DNA of 64,000 bases from contig CALVKF010000001.1 in the NCBI GenBank assembly GCA_944332555.1, positions 38,452-102,451 of the forward strand. Reading direction: 5' to 3'. Positions 1-9,422 of this stretch are shown here, in pieces. Source of the DNA: an uncultured Bacilli bacterium (GTDB lineage Bacteria; Bacillota_I; Bacilli_A; RF39; UBA660). The notes beneath the pieces were generated by a model, which made no database searches, was not told where the DNA came from, and worked only from the letters and a program-made list of their open reading frames with translations. Position 1 is the stretch's first letter, and every line of letters starts with the position of its first letter. A program made the position numbers and the translations under genes.

Positions 1-415
1 CACTAATAATTTTTATATTATTTTCTTTAGCATATTTAATCAAAGCCACTTTAGCATCTATATCATCACATGCATCAATAATATAATCGGAATACACTAA
101 ATCCTTAACATTATCTTTAGTTATCGCTTCACTAATCCCTTTGATTTTTATTTCAGGATTAATACTCTTCATTCTTTTAATAGCCTCTTTTACTTTATAA
201 TGCCCAATATTATTAGTATTACTAATTATTTGTCTATTTAAATTACTTAAGACAAATTTATCATTATCATAAATAGTAATATCATTAATACCACTTCTAA
301 CTAAAGCTTCTAGGGCTATACCCCCAACTCCCCCAACTCCAACTAAAATAACTTTAGTCTTATTAATTTTTTTAACATTTTCTTCTCCAATTAAACTAAT
401 TAATCTTTCGTCCAT
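1..415 (-). CDS. ThiF/MoeB/HesA-family E1-like enzyme (possibly a TcdA-like tRNA t6A dehydratase). N-terminal part only; the C-terminus lies beyond the window edge
   Basis: ATG on the minus strand at 415..413. The translation MDERLISLIGEENVKKINKTKVILVGVGGVGGIALEALVRSG carries the GxGxxG Rossmann loop typical of ThiF/MoeB. Confidence 0.6.
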   Translation of the reverse strand, partial: MDERLISLIGEENVKKINKTKVILVGVGGVGGIALEALVRSGINDITIYDNDKFVLSNLNRQIISNTNNIGHYKVKEAIKRMKSINPEIKIKGISEAITKDNVKDLVYSDYIIDACDDIDAKVALIKYAKENNIKIIS

Positions 416-424
416 ATAAACTCA

Positions 425-600
425 CTTTCCAAAATAAAACCTAGAAGGTAGCTGCGTTGATAAAAACCCGCTCTCGGCAGGTGGGCATCACATGACCTAC
501 TTTAGGATCCTTATGCACTTAATGGATAAGTCTTCTACACCATAGGTCAATTAGATTCCCGTATATCATATCTAGTCGGTTTTATAATGACAGGCTACCT
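425..600 (-). ncRNA. Candidate structured small RNA (possibly 6S-like). Identity and strand uncertain
   Basis: This ~170-nt island is more GC-rich than its surroundings. A long closing helix (acctagaaggtagctg ... caggctaccttactaggt) encloses internal hairpins. On the minus strand the closing stem is followed by a U-run (ttttatttt). Confidence 0.25.
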
Positions 601-671
601 TACTAGGTAACTTAATTATACCAAATTTATTATGTCTTTGCAATAATTTTAAATTAAATTAAAAAGAAACA

Positions 672-1487
672 TTATTGCAATGTTTCCTTTAAACTTAATA
701 AATCTTCTATTTCTACAGGATTCATAGTACTATAATTACTCATTGCATTAGTTACATTAGCAACCCAACTAGGTTTGGCAATCTTTACACCATTTTCATT
801 ATACATCGGATTATATACCCTACCAATAGATTCAACTGTTGTAAGGCCTTTACCAAAATACCCTTCACTTAATAATTTAATATATGAATAAATTCCGTAT
901 TCAATATTTTTATATCTAATTAATCCTCTACTAGACATACCACCAAAGATATTGTTTTTATTTAACATACTTTTAGCACTATATCCAGATTCAATTTGGG
1001 CAATTGCAGCAGCAATAGAAAAATCAACATTACCATAAAAATCACAGAAATACTTAATTAAAGCAACCATATATTCTTTACTTGGATTACTTACACTTAA
1101 AGTTCTGTCAAACAATTCTTCTTCACTATCTTCTAGATTAATTAAATAATCAAGTAATACTTTATCAATATCTTCAGTATTAAGTAAACCAATTTCTTGA
1201 TAATTTTCTTTTAACTTATTTACTAATACATCATAATCTATTTGAAACATATCACTCATAAATTTAATTGTATCACTATTAGTAGTTAAGAATATATTAA
1301 GTATTTCTTCTTCACTTAATATTCTACTGGTCTCGGGAACCTCCGCATCGACATTATAACTAATTGAATGAACAATCATTTCATCTCTATTTATATAATG
1401 ATGCATTGTTAAACTAAATGTAAGTAGTACTGCCCCTATAGACAGCAAAATTAATCCCTTTTTATTCTTTTTTATATATTCTTTCAT
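672..1487 (-). CDS. Membrane-anchored peptidoglycan hydrolase, GH73 N-acetylglucosaminidase-like
   Basis: There is an N-terminal transmembrane helix. The motif AAIAQIESGYSAKSMLNKNNIFGGM resembles the catalytic ESG(W/Y) region of FlgJ/GH73 glucosaminidases. Confidence 0.5.
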   Translation of the reverse strand: MKEYIKKNKKGLILLSIGAVLLTFSLTMHHYINRDEMIVHSISYNVDAEVPETSRILSEEEILNIFLTTNSDTIKFMSDMFQIDYDVLVNKLKENYQEIGLLNTEDIDKVLLDYLINLEDSEEELFDRTLSVSNPSKEYMVALIKYFCDFYGNVDFSIAAAIAQIESGYSAKSMLNKNNIFGGMSSRGLIRYKNIEYGIYSYIKLLSEGYFGKGLTTVESIGRVYNPMYNENGVKIAKPSWVANVTNAMSNYSTMNPVEIEDLLSLKETLQ

Positions 1488-1595
1488 ATTATTATTATAC
1501 TCTCCCTTTCAAAAGTATGCATCTATTATAGCACATTTTGATAAAAATTGCAAATTAGCACGAACGAATGTATTGTTTTATGCTTTATAAAGCAT

Positions 1596-1624
1596 AAAAC
1601 CGATTCTCAGGTGGAATCGGTTTT
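1596..1624. terminator. Bidirectional intrinsic terminator hairpin
   Basis: The hairpin is aaaaccgattctcaggtggaatcggtttt, with a 10-bp stem and T-runs on both sides. It lies downstream of the Abi_2 gene on the minus strand. Confidence 0.6.
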
Positions 1625-1630
1625 ATATCA

Positions 1631-1696
1631 AAAAATTAAAATTAGGGCGATCTCACGAAGACATCCCCCATATAAAAATGTATTACCATTTTTTCT
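1631..1696. repeat. Copy A of a ~60-bp direct repeat (aaaattagg-N3-atctcac-N-aagacatccccca-NN-taaaaatgtattaccattttttc)
   Basis: About 90% identical to copy B at 2859..2919. Both copies sit between a minus-strand gene stop and a bidirectional terminator. Confidence 0.8.
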
Positions 1697-1742
1697 CAAC
1701 ACATATACTATAACATATAACATCACATATTGTCAACTGTTT

Positions 1743-2743
1743 TTATGTATTTTCTTGCAAAACTTTATAATGGGTATCAATTATTTGTTTAAAATAATTA
1801 TATACTGATATAAGTAAATTATTATTACTATAATATTCTCTATGTTTAATTACTCTATTAAAAAAGAAATAATTTATTTTTTTAGTAACACTTTCTCTAA
1901 CACCATCACTAGTAACTAATTCATTAAACATATAAAGAACATAAGTTATTTGTCTTATTCTTGAATTTTGCAACTTATTTTTTCGTTTTTCTTTTCCAAT
2001 ACCACTTTTATCTAAAAAATCAATGACATATTTATTAGGATTATAATTGTTATCTTTTATACCAAGATTTGTTAAAATATTGTCATTGTGAGCAACCGCA
2101 TTTCTCAATCTAACAATATCTCTTAAAATATAAATATCATTAACTAAATAAAAGAAATTGTATTCATTTAAAAAATATTCATAAAATTTCACTAATTCAC
2201 CAAATGTTATAATTTTTAGAAATTCCCATATTGGAATATTTTCCAATTTCATATTATCATCTATAACTAATTTAGAAAATATTTCACTATAATAAATATT
2301 ATCATAGTTTTTTAAAATACTATTATGAAGTTTTTGGGGGTTAATTGGATCATTATAGTCATTATCTAAATATTTATTAACAACTGCATAGCCATCTTCA
2401 TTAGGTATATTTTTAATTAACCTGAGTATTTTAAGTTTTAAATAATGTTCAATATCTACAATCATATCAAAAAGTAATAGTCTTAATTTAAAATCAATTA
2501 TTGATAAATCTTTTAAATAAGCAAAATCTAAGTCAACATATTCATCAATAAACTCTTTATTAACATATTTCTTTTCAAAATTATTTTTATAAGCAGTTAG
2601 GTTAAAATAGTTATTATTATCTTCCAAATATTTAGATGCTTCTTTTTCGCTCATTTGTTCAAATTTAATATTTTTCTCTTTTAAATGCTCTATCATTTCT
2701 TCTGTAGTAAGCATAGGTTTTAAAACGATTTCATCTAACATTT
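1743..2743 (-). CDS. Abi_2-family abortive infection protein (AbiD/AbiF-like)
   Basis: The start is reassigned to ATG 2743 because it is preceded by aaaggagga. The N-terminus MLDEIVLKPMLTTEEMIEHLKEKNIKF and the motif LRNAVAHN are typical of Abi_2 proteins. Confidence 0.6.
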
Positions 2744-2829
2744 TTATCCTCCTTTCTGAGTGTGTTGTTTCTACAATATCACAGAAAGTGAAATAATGCA
2801 AGAGAAATCGTTCACTTTTAATAAATTTT

Positions 2830-2858
2830 AAAAATTCAAAACCGACGGTTTTGAATTT
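2830..2858. terminator. Bidirectional intrinsic terminator hairpin
   Basis: The hairpin aaaattcaaaaccgacggttttgaatttt has a 13-bp stem and is symmetric with U-rich arms. It lies downstream of the HerA-like ATPase gene. Confidence 0.6.
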
Positions 2859-2919
2859 TTAAAATTAGGACAATCTCACTAAGACATCCCCCACGTAAAA
2901 ATGTATTACCATTTTTTCC
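2859..2919. repeat. Copy B of the ~60-bp direct repeat
   Basis: The sequence taaaattaggacaatctcactaagacatcccccacgtaaaaatgtattaccattttttcc aligns to 1631..1696 with 6 mismatches. Confidence 0.8.
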
Positions 2920-2975
2920 TTGCATATACAATATATCATGTATTTTTACCACAAAATCAATAGTTTTTATAAAAT

Positions 2976-4808
2976 TTATGCCATAGTTATATCTGGAATA
3001 TCACTAAGCGGAGCATTATCTTGTACTGGATTTGGTGTAACTGGAGCACTCGCTTGTGGTTGTAACTTCCAACAAGCAGATACATCACAGTTAGATGAAT
3101 ATGGCATTGGATTTGGCATTTCCATTTTAACAATCATTGGTATTTTAAATGCTCCACCAAAACAAACACAATTACCAGGTTGTAATACTTTTTGTTTATC
3201 TAGAATATCAGCTGAAATATTCGGCAACATTTCTCCAATATATTTTATATCTAGAGGGTGAGTCATTTTAAATATTAAGAAATTATTGCATTGAGCAATA
3301 ACAGTATCCGATATTTCTACTGGTCTTTGACTAATAATATCAAGAATTACCCCATATTTTCTACCTTCTTTAGCAATACGATCAAAGATATTATAACCAA
3401 GCAAGAATGTATCATTATCTTTTTGAATATATCTATGAGCTTCTTCTAAAAATAAATGAAATGGTATTGTAGCTCTTTCACTACGACCTTTAGAAAAATC
3501 AAATATCATTCTCGAAAATATCTTAACAAATACTTTAGCATATATATCATCAACATCTTCTAAATTAATATTGATTATTTGAGCTTTTCTAGCCCCATTA
3601 GCAACAAGTGATGAAATATAATTTGGCAGTGATATATATTCGCTACTAAAAAATCCATTTAACTTACTATTAATAATTGAATTTAATCTAACTTTTAATA
3701 TTGTTGCATCATCATGTAAGTTTTGATTGTGTTGAAAACCTTCACTAATTAATGTAAATTCTAATGCTGCCGCAAAATCTTTTAGGGAATATGAGGCTTT
3801 CTCTGGTTCTTTAATTGATTCCAAATCTTCATTAATTTTACCTAAAATATAATTAGTAATTAGTACTGATTCGCCGAAATTACCATTAGAATCTATTTCA
3901 AAACATTCACTTAATGTTCTAGTATATCCCAGTCCTGGTATTACAGAATCAAAATTAAATTCTTTGGTATGACATACCTCAATTATCGTAAATATTTCAT
4001 TTTTCTTACTAGCTACTGTTTCATTAGAAAATAATACTGCTAGTAGTGCTTTAGCAATTAAATGATTCTTATAAGTATTTGCTTCTTCACTATTAGTTGA
4101 AAATATTTTAGCAAGCTTAATTGTATGTTCAATTATTGGTAATTGTGCATGATCACTTGCTTGAAATAAAAGAGCAAAATCATCAAGAGTGAGTAAATTT
4201 ACGGGAATACTTAATGGAATATCAGTATCATCCTGTGGATTAGTTGTAATAAACTTATAACAATAATTAGGATTTATTTCATTAAGTTTTCCAAAAGCAT
4301 TTTTATATTCACCAAAGGAATCAAAGATAAATAAATTAGCATTATATTGAACATTAAATTTGGAATTAAAGATATTTTGAATAATTCTAGCAACTCCACA
4401 AGATTTACCAGAACCAGAATTACCAAATATTGCTAAATGGTTAGAAAACAAATTATTAATATTTGGACATATCTTAAATCCCTTATATATAGCACTTTCA
4501 CCTAAAACAAAACTTGATTCATCATAAGTACCAACAAGTTCCATTAATTCCGCTTGGTTAATCATTCTAATTTTACTTGTTAAAAGTGGTTTTCTTAAAA
4601 CCCCATTTATATACTTACCATTAATATATTCTCCCAAAAATCTAATTTTAACTACATCACTACCAAGTTCAAATACTTCTCCAAGTATTCTTTGTTCTCC
4701 TTCTTCAAATATAACATTTAAATTCATTAAATCGGCAGCTGCTGCTTCTTTTTGCAAATTTTCTACATGAGCTTCACTATCACCAATATAAACTATTTTT
4801 CCAAACAT
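2976..4808 (-). CDS. HerA/FtsK-superfamily (DUF87-like) ATPase with a P/Q-rich C-terminal tail
   Basis: Walker A LAIFGNSGSGKSCGVA and Walker B-like HLFLEEAHRY are present. There is no transmembrane segment. The C-terminus PQASAPVTPNPVQDNAP is low-complexity. Confidence 0.55.
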   Translation of the reverse strand: MFGKIVYIGDSEAHVENLQKEAAAADLMNLNVIFEEGEQRILGEVFELGSDVVKIRFLGEYINGKYINGVLRKPLLTSKIRMINQAELMELVGTYDESSFVLGESAIYKGFKICPNINNLFSNHLAIFGNSGSGKSCGVARIIQNIFNSKFNVQYNANLFIFDSFGEYKNAFGKLNEINPNYCYKFITTNPQDDTDIPLSIPVNLLTLDDFALLFQASDHAQLPIIEHTIKLAKIFSTNSEEANTYKNHLIAKALLAVLFSNETVASKKNEIFTIIEVCHTKEFNFDSVIPGLGYTRTLSECFEIDSNGNFGESVLITNYILGKINEDLESIKEPEKASYSLKDFAAALEFTLISEGFQHNQNLHDDATILKVRLNSIINSKLNGFFSSEYISLPNYISSLVANGARKAQIININLEDVDDIYAKVFVKIFSRMIFDFSKGRSERATIPFHLFLEEAHRYIQKDNDTFLLGYNIFDRIAKEGRKYGVILDIISQRPVEISDTVIAQCNNFLIFKMTHPLDIKYIGEMLPNISADILDKQKVLQPGNCVCFGGAFKIPMIVKMEMPNPMPYSSNCDVSACWKLQPQASAPVTPNPVQDNAPLSDIPDITMA

Positions 4809-4818
4809 AATATTCTCC

Positions 4819-5280
4819 TTATTCTACTATAAATTCTCTATCACCCATAATAAAGTTTCCTAAAACTCCATTATCTATAGGTATAAAACACATTAATATT
4901 TCATCACTTTCACTAATTTCTTTATTAACATAATAAGTTAAATTAATTGCAGTATCTGTTACTTCTACCCCAATATCATTAGTAAATTCTAAAGTATCAT
5001 CATAATTAATAAAATCTATTATATAATCATAAGTATTTAAATCTCCTGCTGTTAAAAACACAAGTTCATGAATATCATAATCTTCTAAAAAAGCTAAATA
5101 TTCATCATATGATGTTATAAGTGTTGGAGTATATATAGTTCTATCATCTTTTCTAATAACTATACCTTCAACTACTTCTCTATAATTACTATTTCCTCTT
5201 GTACCTATATAAATTCCAAGTACTGCAGCACCCAGGACAATTACTATAGCAAGAGTTGTTATAAATATTCTTTGCTTCAT
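4819..5280 (-). CDS. Hypothetical membrane-anchored protein (N-terminal transmembrane helix plus a ~125-aa extracytoplasmic domain)
   Basis: The ORF reads MKQRIFITTLAIVIVLGAAVLGIYIG and has a single N-terminal hydrophobic helix. It overlaps the upstream gene by 4 bp (ATGA), which suggests translational coupling. Confidence 0.5.
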   Translation of the reverse strand: MKQRIFITTLAIVIVLGAAVLGIYIGTRGNSNYREVVEGIVIRKDDRTIYTPTLITSYDEYLAFLEDYDIHELVFLTAGDLNTYDYIIDFINYDDTLEFTNDIGVEVTDTAINLTYYVNKEISESDEILMCFIPIDNGVLGNFIMGDREFIVE

Positions 5281-6047
5281 AAATTTTCAGTACCTACCCA
5301 ATTATAATGATCATCATTTATTACAAAACTACTTCTATAACTTACTCTTCGTCTTGTTAAATGTTTATTTATATATTCATCAAATGTTAAATCATCATTT
5401 TCTACATCAATACTCGTAAATGATAATACTAAATTTTCATACAATCCATTATCATATACATGATAATTTATTACCCCATCAATATTCTCCTCACTATAAA
5501 ATAATATACTTTCATCTAAATATAAATAATTATCACTTATACTTATATTACTAATATCTCTATCAGCTTTATAAAGTATACCATTATATTCTATTTCATC
5601 ACACATATATACATCATCTTCAAAATTACATCCATTCTTCCCATTTACATTAAAATTCTTATTTATTATAAAAAGTCCACTTCCATACATATTATTTATA
5701 GTACTAATAAGTTCATTACTACTAATATCCTCTTTATTAATACTATATACTCCTTTAGTAAGTAATATATCATTATTTATATCATTAATACTCACTAATT
5801 TATCTTGATATGCAGTCTTATATTCCTTATTATTTGTAGTAACAAAAGGTATTAAATTCTCAAGCTCTATACTTAATGAATCAGTACCCCCATCAAAATT
5901 AACAATAGTATTTATATCTAATCCTCCACTATCTTCTTTATTAATCCAATTATTTAAATATAATAAACTACATATAACTAATAATAATATTAATATAATA
6001 AATCCCAGTATTATATTTACTTTTCCTTCTTTAGCATCATATTTCAT
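5277..6047 (-). CDS. Hypothetical membrane-anchored protein (N-terminal transmembrane helix plus a ~220-aa extracytoplasmic domain)
   Basis: The ORF has an aaaggagaa RBS. Residues 12-32 form a hydrophobic helix. It is the first gene of the operon, and the promoter TTGTGA-16-TATAAA lies upstream. Confidence 0.5.
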   Translation of the reverse strand: MKYDAKEGKVNIILGFIILILLLVICSLLYLNNWINKEDSGGLDINTIVNFDGGTDSLSIELENLIPFVTTNNKEYKTAYQDKLVSINDINNDILLTKGVYSINKEDISSNELISTINNMYGSGLFIINKNFNVNGKNGCNFEDDVYMCDEIEYNGILYKADRDISNISISDNYLYLDESILFYSEENIDGVINYHVYDNGLYENLVLSFTSIDVENDDLTFDEYINKHLTRRRVSYRSSFVINDDHYNWVGTENL

Positions 6048-6362
6048 ATTATCTTTTCTCCTTTATATTCTACTAAAAGTATATCACAAAACTAGTATTT
6101 AAGTAAATAAGGTATTGTAAAATTCTTAAAAATAGTGTATTAAATATACCACATCAATAAATGTTGATGCAATGGTGATTAAGGAATATCTTCATTAAGC
6201 ATATTAGTAGCAAGGGAATATCTTAATGTATGAATTCCTTTTTTATTTGCAAATTTAAAACCAACTATAATTTTTACATTGAAGCTGTTAATAATGCTAC
6301 TGAAATACTGGAAATTTATGGCAGCAATACGATATCATATTGGTAGGAAAGGGATGTCTCAA

Positions 6363-6560
6363 TGAAGTTAATTAATCCATATCCATTAAGAATAGATAAA
6401 GAATTAATGGAAAAACTAAATATATTGCCAATGAAAACTCTAGAAGTGTTAATAGAGAAATAGAATTTGCAATAAAAAAATTAGTAAAAGAATATGAAGA
6501 GGAAAATAATGTTGATATTAGTAAGGTACTAGAAAAAGATAAAGACAAGTTAGGAGTCTA
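6363..6560 (+). pseudogene. Frameshifted remnant of a small ribbon-helix-helix-like protein
   Basis: MKLINPYPLRIDKELMEKLNILPMKTLEVLIEK ends at a stop. The reading frame continues in the +2 frame as EIEFAIKKLVKEYEEENNVDISKVLEKDKDKLGV. The same frame upstream is interrupted by TAG after ...ILEIYGSNTISYW. Confidence 0.3.
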
Positions 6561-6569
6561 ACTTGTCTT
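6542..6569. terminator. Bidirectional terminator hairpin overlapping the gatB 3' end
   Basis: The hairpin is aagacaagtta-ggagtc-taacttgtctt, with T-rich flanks. Confidence 0.5.
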
Positions 6570-7977
6570 TTAATATTTCTTTAGTAATAACTGGATTAGC
6601 TTTACCTTTAGTTTCCCTCATTACTTGGCCTACAAAATAATCAAATAGATTTGTTCTACCATTTTTATAATCTTCTATTTGTTTAGTATTATTTGTAAGG
6701 ATATTATCAATAATAGTTTCAAGTTCATCTTTATTAGATACTTGGGTATTATTACTAATAAATTCTTTTGGTTCTTTATTAGTAGATAAAGATTCATTAA
6801 AGATTTCTTTAGCTTGTTTACTAGATATTGTATTATTATTTATTGCATCAATTATTTCTTTTAGATATGTCGGTGTTATAAAGAAATCTTTAAGCGTTAT
6901 ATCTTCTTTATAAAGGTAAGAAGTAATATTACCTACTAACCAGTTATAAGCACTCTTTACATCTATTCCAATATTAATAGATTCATCAAAATAATCAGCA
7001 TAGTCTTTATCTTTAATAATAAGACTTGCTTCTAGTTCTGTTAAATTATATTTATTTATATAATTTAACTTACGATCTCTTGGTAACATTGGAATATTTT
7101 TCCTTATTTTATCTAAATATTCAGGAGTTATTTTATATTTAGGAAGATTTGGTTCAACAAAGTATTTATAATCAATGGCATCTACTTTACCCCGCATTCT
7201 AATAGTAGTACCACTTTCTTCATCAAATCTTCTCGTTTCTTGTTCTACTTCATCGTACCGGCCTTCTTCTTTAAGTTTTATTTGTCTATGTACTTCATAG
7301 TTTATTGCTTCGCGAACATTAGCAAATGAATTAATATTTTTTATTTCAACTTTAGTACCTAAAGTGGTACTATCTTCATCCGTTATAGATACATTGACAT
7401 CACATCTTATTTGTCCTTTTTTAGTATCGGCATCACTTACATCTAGATATTGATAAATTCTGCGCATTCCTTCTAGAAAAGCTACTGCTTCATCTGCTGA
7501 ATTTAAACAAGGTTCTGTAACTAGTTCTAAAAGAGGTACACCAGAACGGTTATAATCGATTAAAGTTGCATCAGAATAATGATCAAGTGAAGCTGAATCT
7601 TCTTCTAGATGAATATCATGAATGAGCACTGTCTTTTCTTCACCATTACAATCTATTATAACTTTGCCATTTACTCCTATTGGGTCATGCATTTGAGTTA
7701 TTTGATAACCTTTAGGAAGATCGGGATAATAATAGTTTTTCCGATCAAAATAGAAATATTGTGGAACACTACATTTTAGTGCTAAACTCATTAAAATTGC
7801 TTTTCTTACACATTCTTTATTAAGGGTTGGCAAAGTTCCTGGAAAAGCCATATCAAGGGGAGCAACATTATCATTAGCTAGTTCATTATAAGAGTTACGA
7901 GCACTTGAAAACACTTTAGAATTCGAAGTCATTTCACAGTGCATTTCTAGACCTATTACTACCTTTTGTTTATTCAT
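6550..7977 (-). CDS. gatB: Asp-tRNA(Asn)/Glu-tRNA(Gln) amidotransferase subunit B
   Basis: The ORF is 475 aa. The N-terminus MNKQKVVIGLEMHCEM and the overall length are typical of GatB. It lies in a gatC-gatA-gatB operon. Confidence 0.9.
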   Translation of the reverse strand: MNKQKVVIGLEMHCEMTSNSKVFSSARNSYNELANDNVAPLDMAFPGTLPTLNKECVRKAILMSLALKCSVPQYFYFDRKNYYYPDLPKGYQITQMHDPIGVNGKVIIDCNGEEKTVLIHDIHLEEDSASLDHYSDATLIDYNRSGVPLLELVTEPCLNSADEAVAFLEGMRRIYQYLDVSDADTKKGQIRCDVNVSITDEDSTTLGTKVEIKNINSFANVREAINYEVHRQIKLKEEGRYDEVEQETRRFDEESGTTIRMRGKVDAIDYKYFVEPNLPKYKITPEYLDKIRKNIPMLPRDRKLNYINKYNLTELEASLIIKDKDYADYFDESINIGIDVKSAYNWLVGNITSYLYKEDITLKDFFITPTYLKEIIDAINNNTISSKQAKEIFNESLSTNKEPKEFISNNTQVSNKDELETIIDNILTNNTKQIEDYKNGRTNLFDYFVGQVMRETKGKANPVITKEILKDKLDS

Positions 7978-9421
7978 CTTTAACCACCATATCTTTATAA
8001 TTCATTTTACTTTCTAATGCATAAGCAATATTTAGGACACTCACATCATCTTTACAATTACCAGTTATATTAATGCCTACAGGTAAGTTATTTATAAGTC
8101 CATTTGGTATGGTAATTGAAGGGAAGCCTCCGAAATTACCAATTTGTAAGTGCTCTTCTAAAAGAAGAGTATCATCATCATTAAGTTGATCTTTTTCCGT
8201 ATTAAGTAGTGGTGCTGGACCAGTTGAAACTGGTAGGATTAAGGCATTATATGTCTTAAATAATTCCTTCATTTTATCTACTATTAATCTTCTAGCCTTT
8301 TGGGCCCCAACAAAATATCTTTCTTGGTTTTCTTTTTGTAAGATATATGAACCTATGACAAATCTGCGTTTTATAAGAGGTGAAAAGCCTTTAGTCCTAT
8401 GATCTTTCATCATATCAAATACATTATCACCTTGACCGCGAGGGCCAAAAATAATACCTGTCATATTAGATAAATTACTAGTTGCCTCTGCACAAGATAA
8501 ACATACATAAACACTAGGTATTACTTTAAGTAATTCTTTATCGATTGACACTTCATCTATCTCTACTCCTGAAGAGGAAAGAATATCTAATGATTTATGA
8601 AAATTTTCTAAATGTTTTATTAATGCTTCAGTTGCATTTGGGTAATTTACTATATCTACAATTTCTTTAATAAAAAATAGTTTTTTACCCTTTACATTAC
8701 CATTTAAAGATTCATATAAATGAATATTACGGGAATCCCAACTTGTTGCATCTTTTTGATCTTGCCCTTTCATTGCATCAACTACAATCGCCGCATCTTC
8801 AACAGAGCGAGTTAGAACACCACAAGTGTCCAAACTTGATGCAAAAGGAAACAATCCATATCTTGAAATCATACCATAGGTTGGTTTATAACCAACAATT
8901 CCGCAGAAAGCTGCTGGTTTTCTAATTGAGTCTCCAGTATCACTACCTAAAGCATAAGGGTAAATTCCTGCCGCAACCGCCGCCGCCGAACCACTAGAAG
9001 ATCCGGCACAACTTCTTGATAAATCCCAAGGATTGCGAATAATACCAGTATGAGCAGTTGTACCAGTTCCTCCCATACCAAATTCATCCATAGCTGTTTT
9101 ATTTACACCAACAGCACCAGACGCTTTTAAATTAGCTACTGCAGTAGCATCAAAAAATGGAATATAGTCTTTTAAAGTATTACTAGAACCAGTTGAAAGA
9201 ATGCCTTTAGTTGAATAATTATCTTTAATGCCATAAGGAATACCCGATAATAAATTATCAGTTACTTCATTACTTTTAGCATCATCTATAATTGTAACAA
9301 AAGCATTACATGTTTCATTTAACTTATGGGATTTAATTAAAGATTCTTTAATTAAATCATCACTAGTTATTTCCCCATTTTTTAGCATTTCATGTAATTT
9401 AACAATTCCCAGTTCAGTCAT
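7970..9421 (-). CDS. gatA: Asp-tRNA(Asn)/Glu-tRNA(Gln) amidotransferase subunit A
   Basis: The amidase signature GGSSSGSAAAVAAG is present. The start is reassigned to ATG 9421 (MTELGIVKL) behind a GGTGG RBS and 2 nt after the gatC stop. Confidence 0.9.
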   Translation of the reverse strand: MTELGIVKLHEMLKNGEITSDDLIKESLIKSHKLNETCNAFVTIIDDAKSNEVTDNLLSGIPYGIKDNYSTKGILSTGSSNTLKDYIPFFDATAVANLKASGAVGVNKTAMDEFGMGGTGTTAHTGIIRNPWDLSRSCAGSSSGSAAAVAAGIYPYALGSDTGDSIRKPAAFCGIVGYKPTYGMISRYGLFPFASSLDTCGVLTRSVEDAAIVVDAMKGQDQKDATSWDSRNIHLYESLNGNVKGKKLFFIKEIVDIVNYPNATEALIKHLENFHKSLDILSSSGVEIDEVSIDKELLKVIPSVYVCLSCAEATSNLSNMTGIIFGPRGQGDNVFDMMKDHRTKGFSPLIKRRFVIGSYILQKENQERYFVGAQKARRLIVDKMKELFKTYNALILPVSTGPAPLLNTEKDQLNDDDTLLLEEHLQIGNFGGFPSITIPNGLINNLPVGINITGNCKDDVSVLNIAYALESKMNYKDMVVKDE

Positions 9422-9422
9422 C

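Noticed and set aside
421-600. TPP or other riboswitch upstream of the ThiF-like gene
   Set aside because: No CUGAGA or ACCUGAUCUGG (TPP) or other class-specific cores were recognised. The region was kept only as an unclassified structured-RNA candidate.
1548-3261. Plus-strand ORFs 1548..1808 and 2920..3261
   Set aside because: They overlap the terminator-repeat modules and the 3' end of the ATPase gene on the opposite strand. They are low-complexity with no RBS and look like AT-rich frame artefacts.
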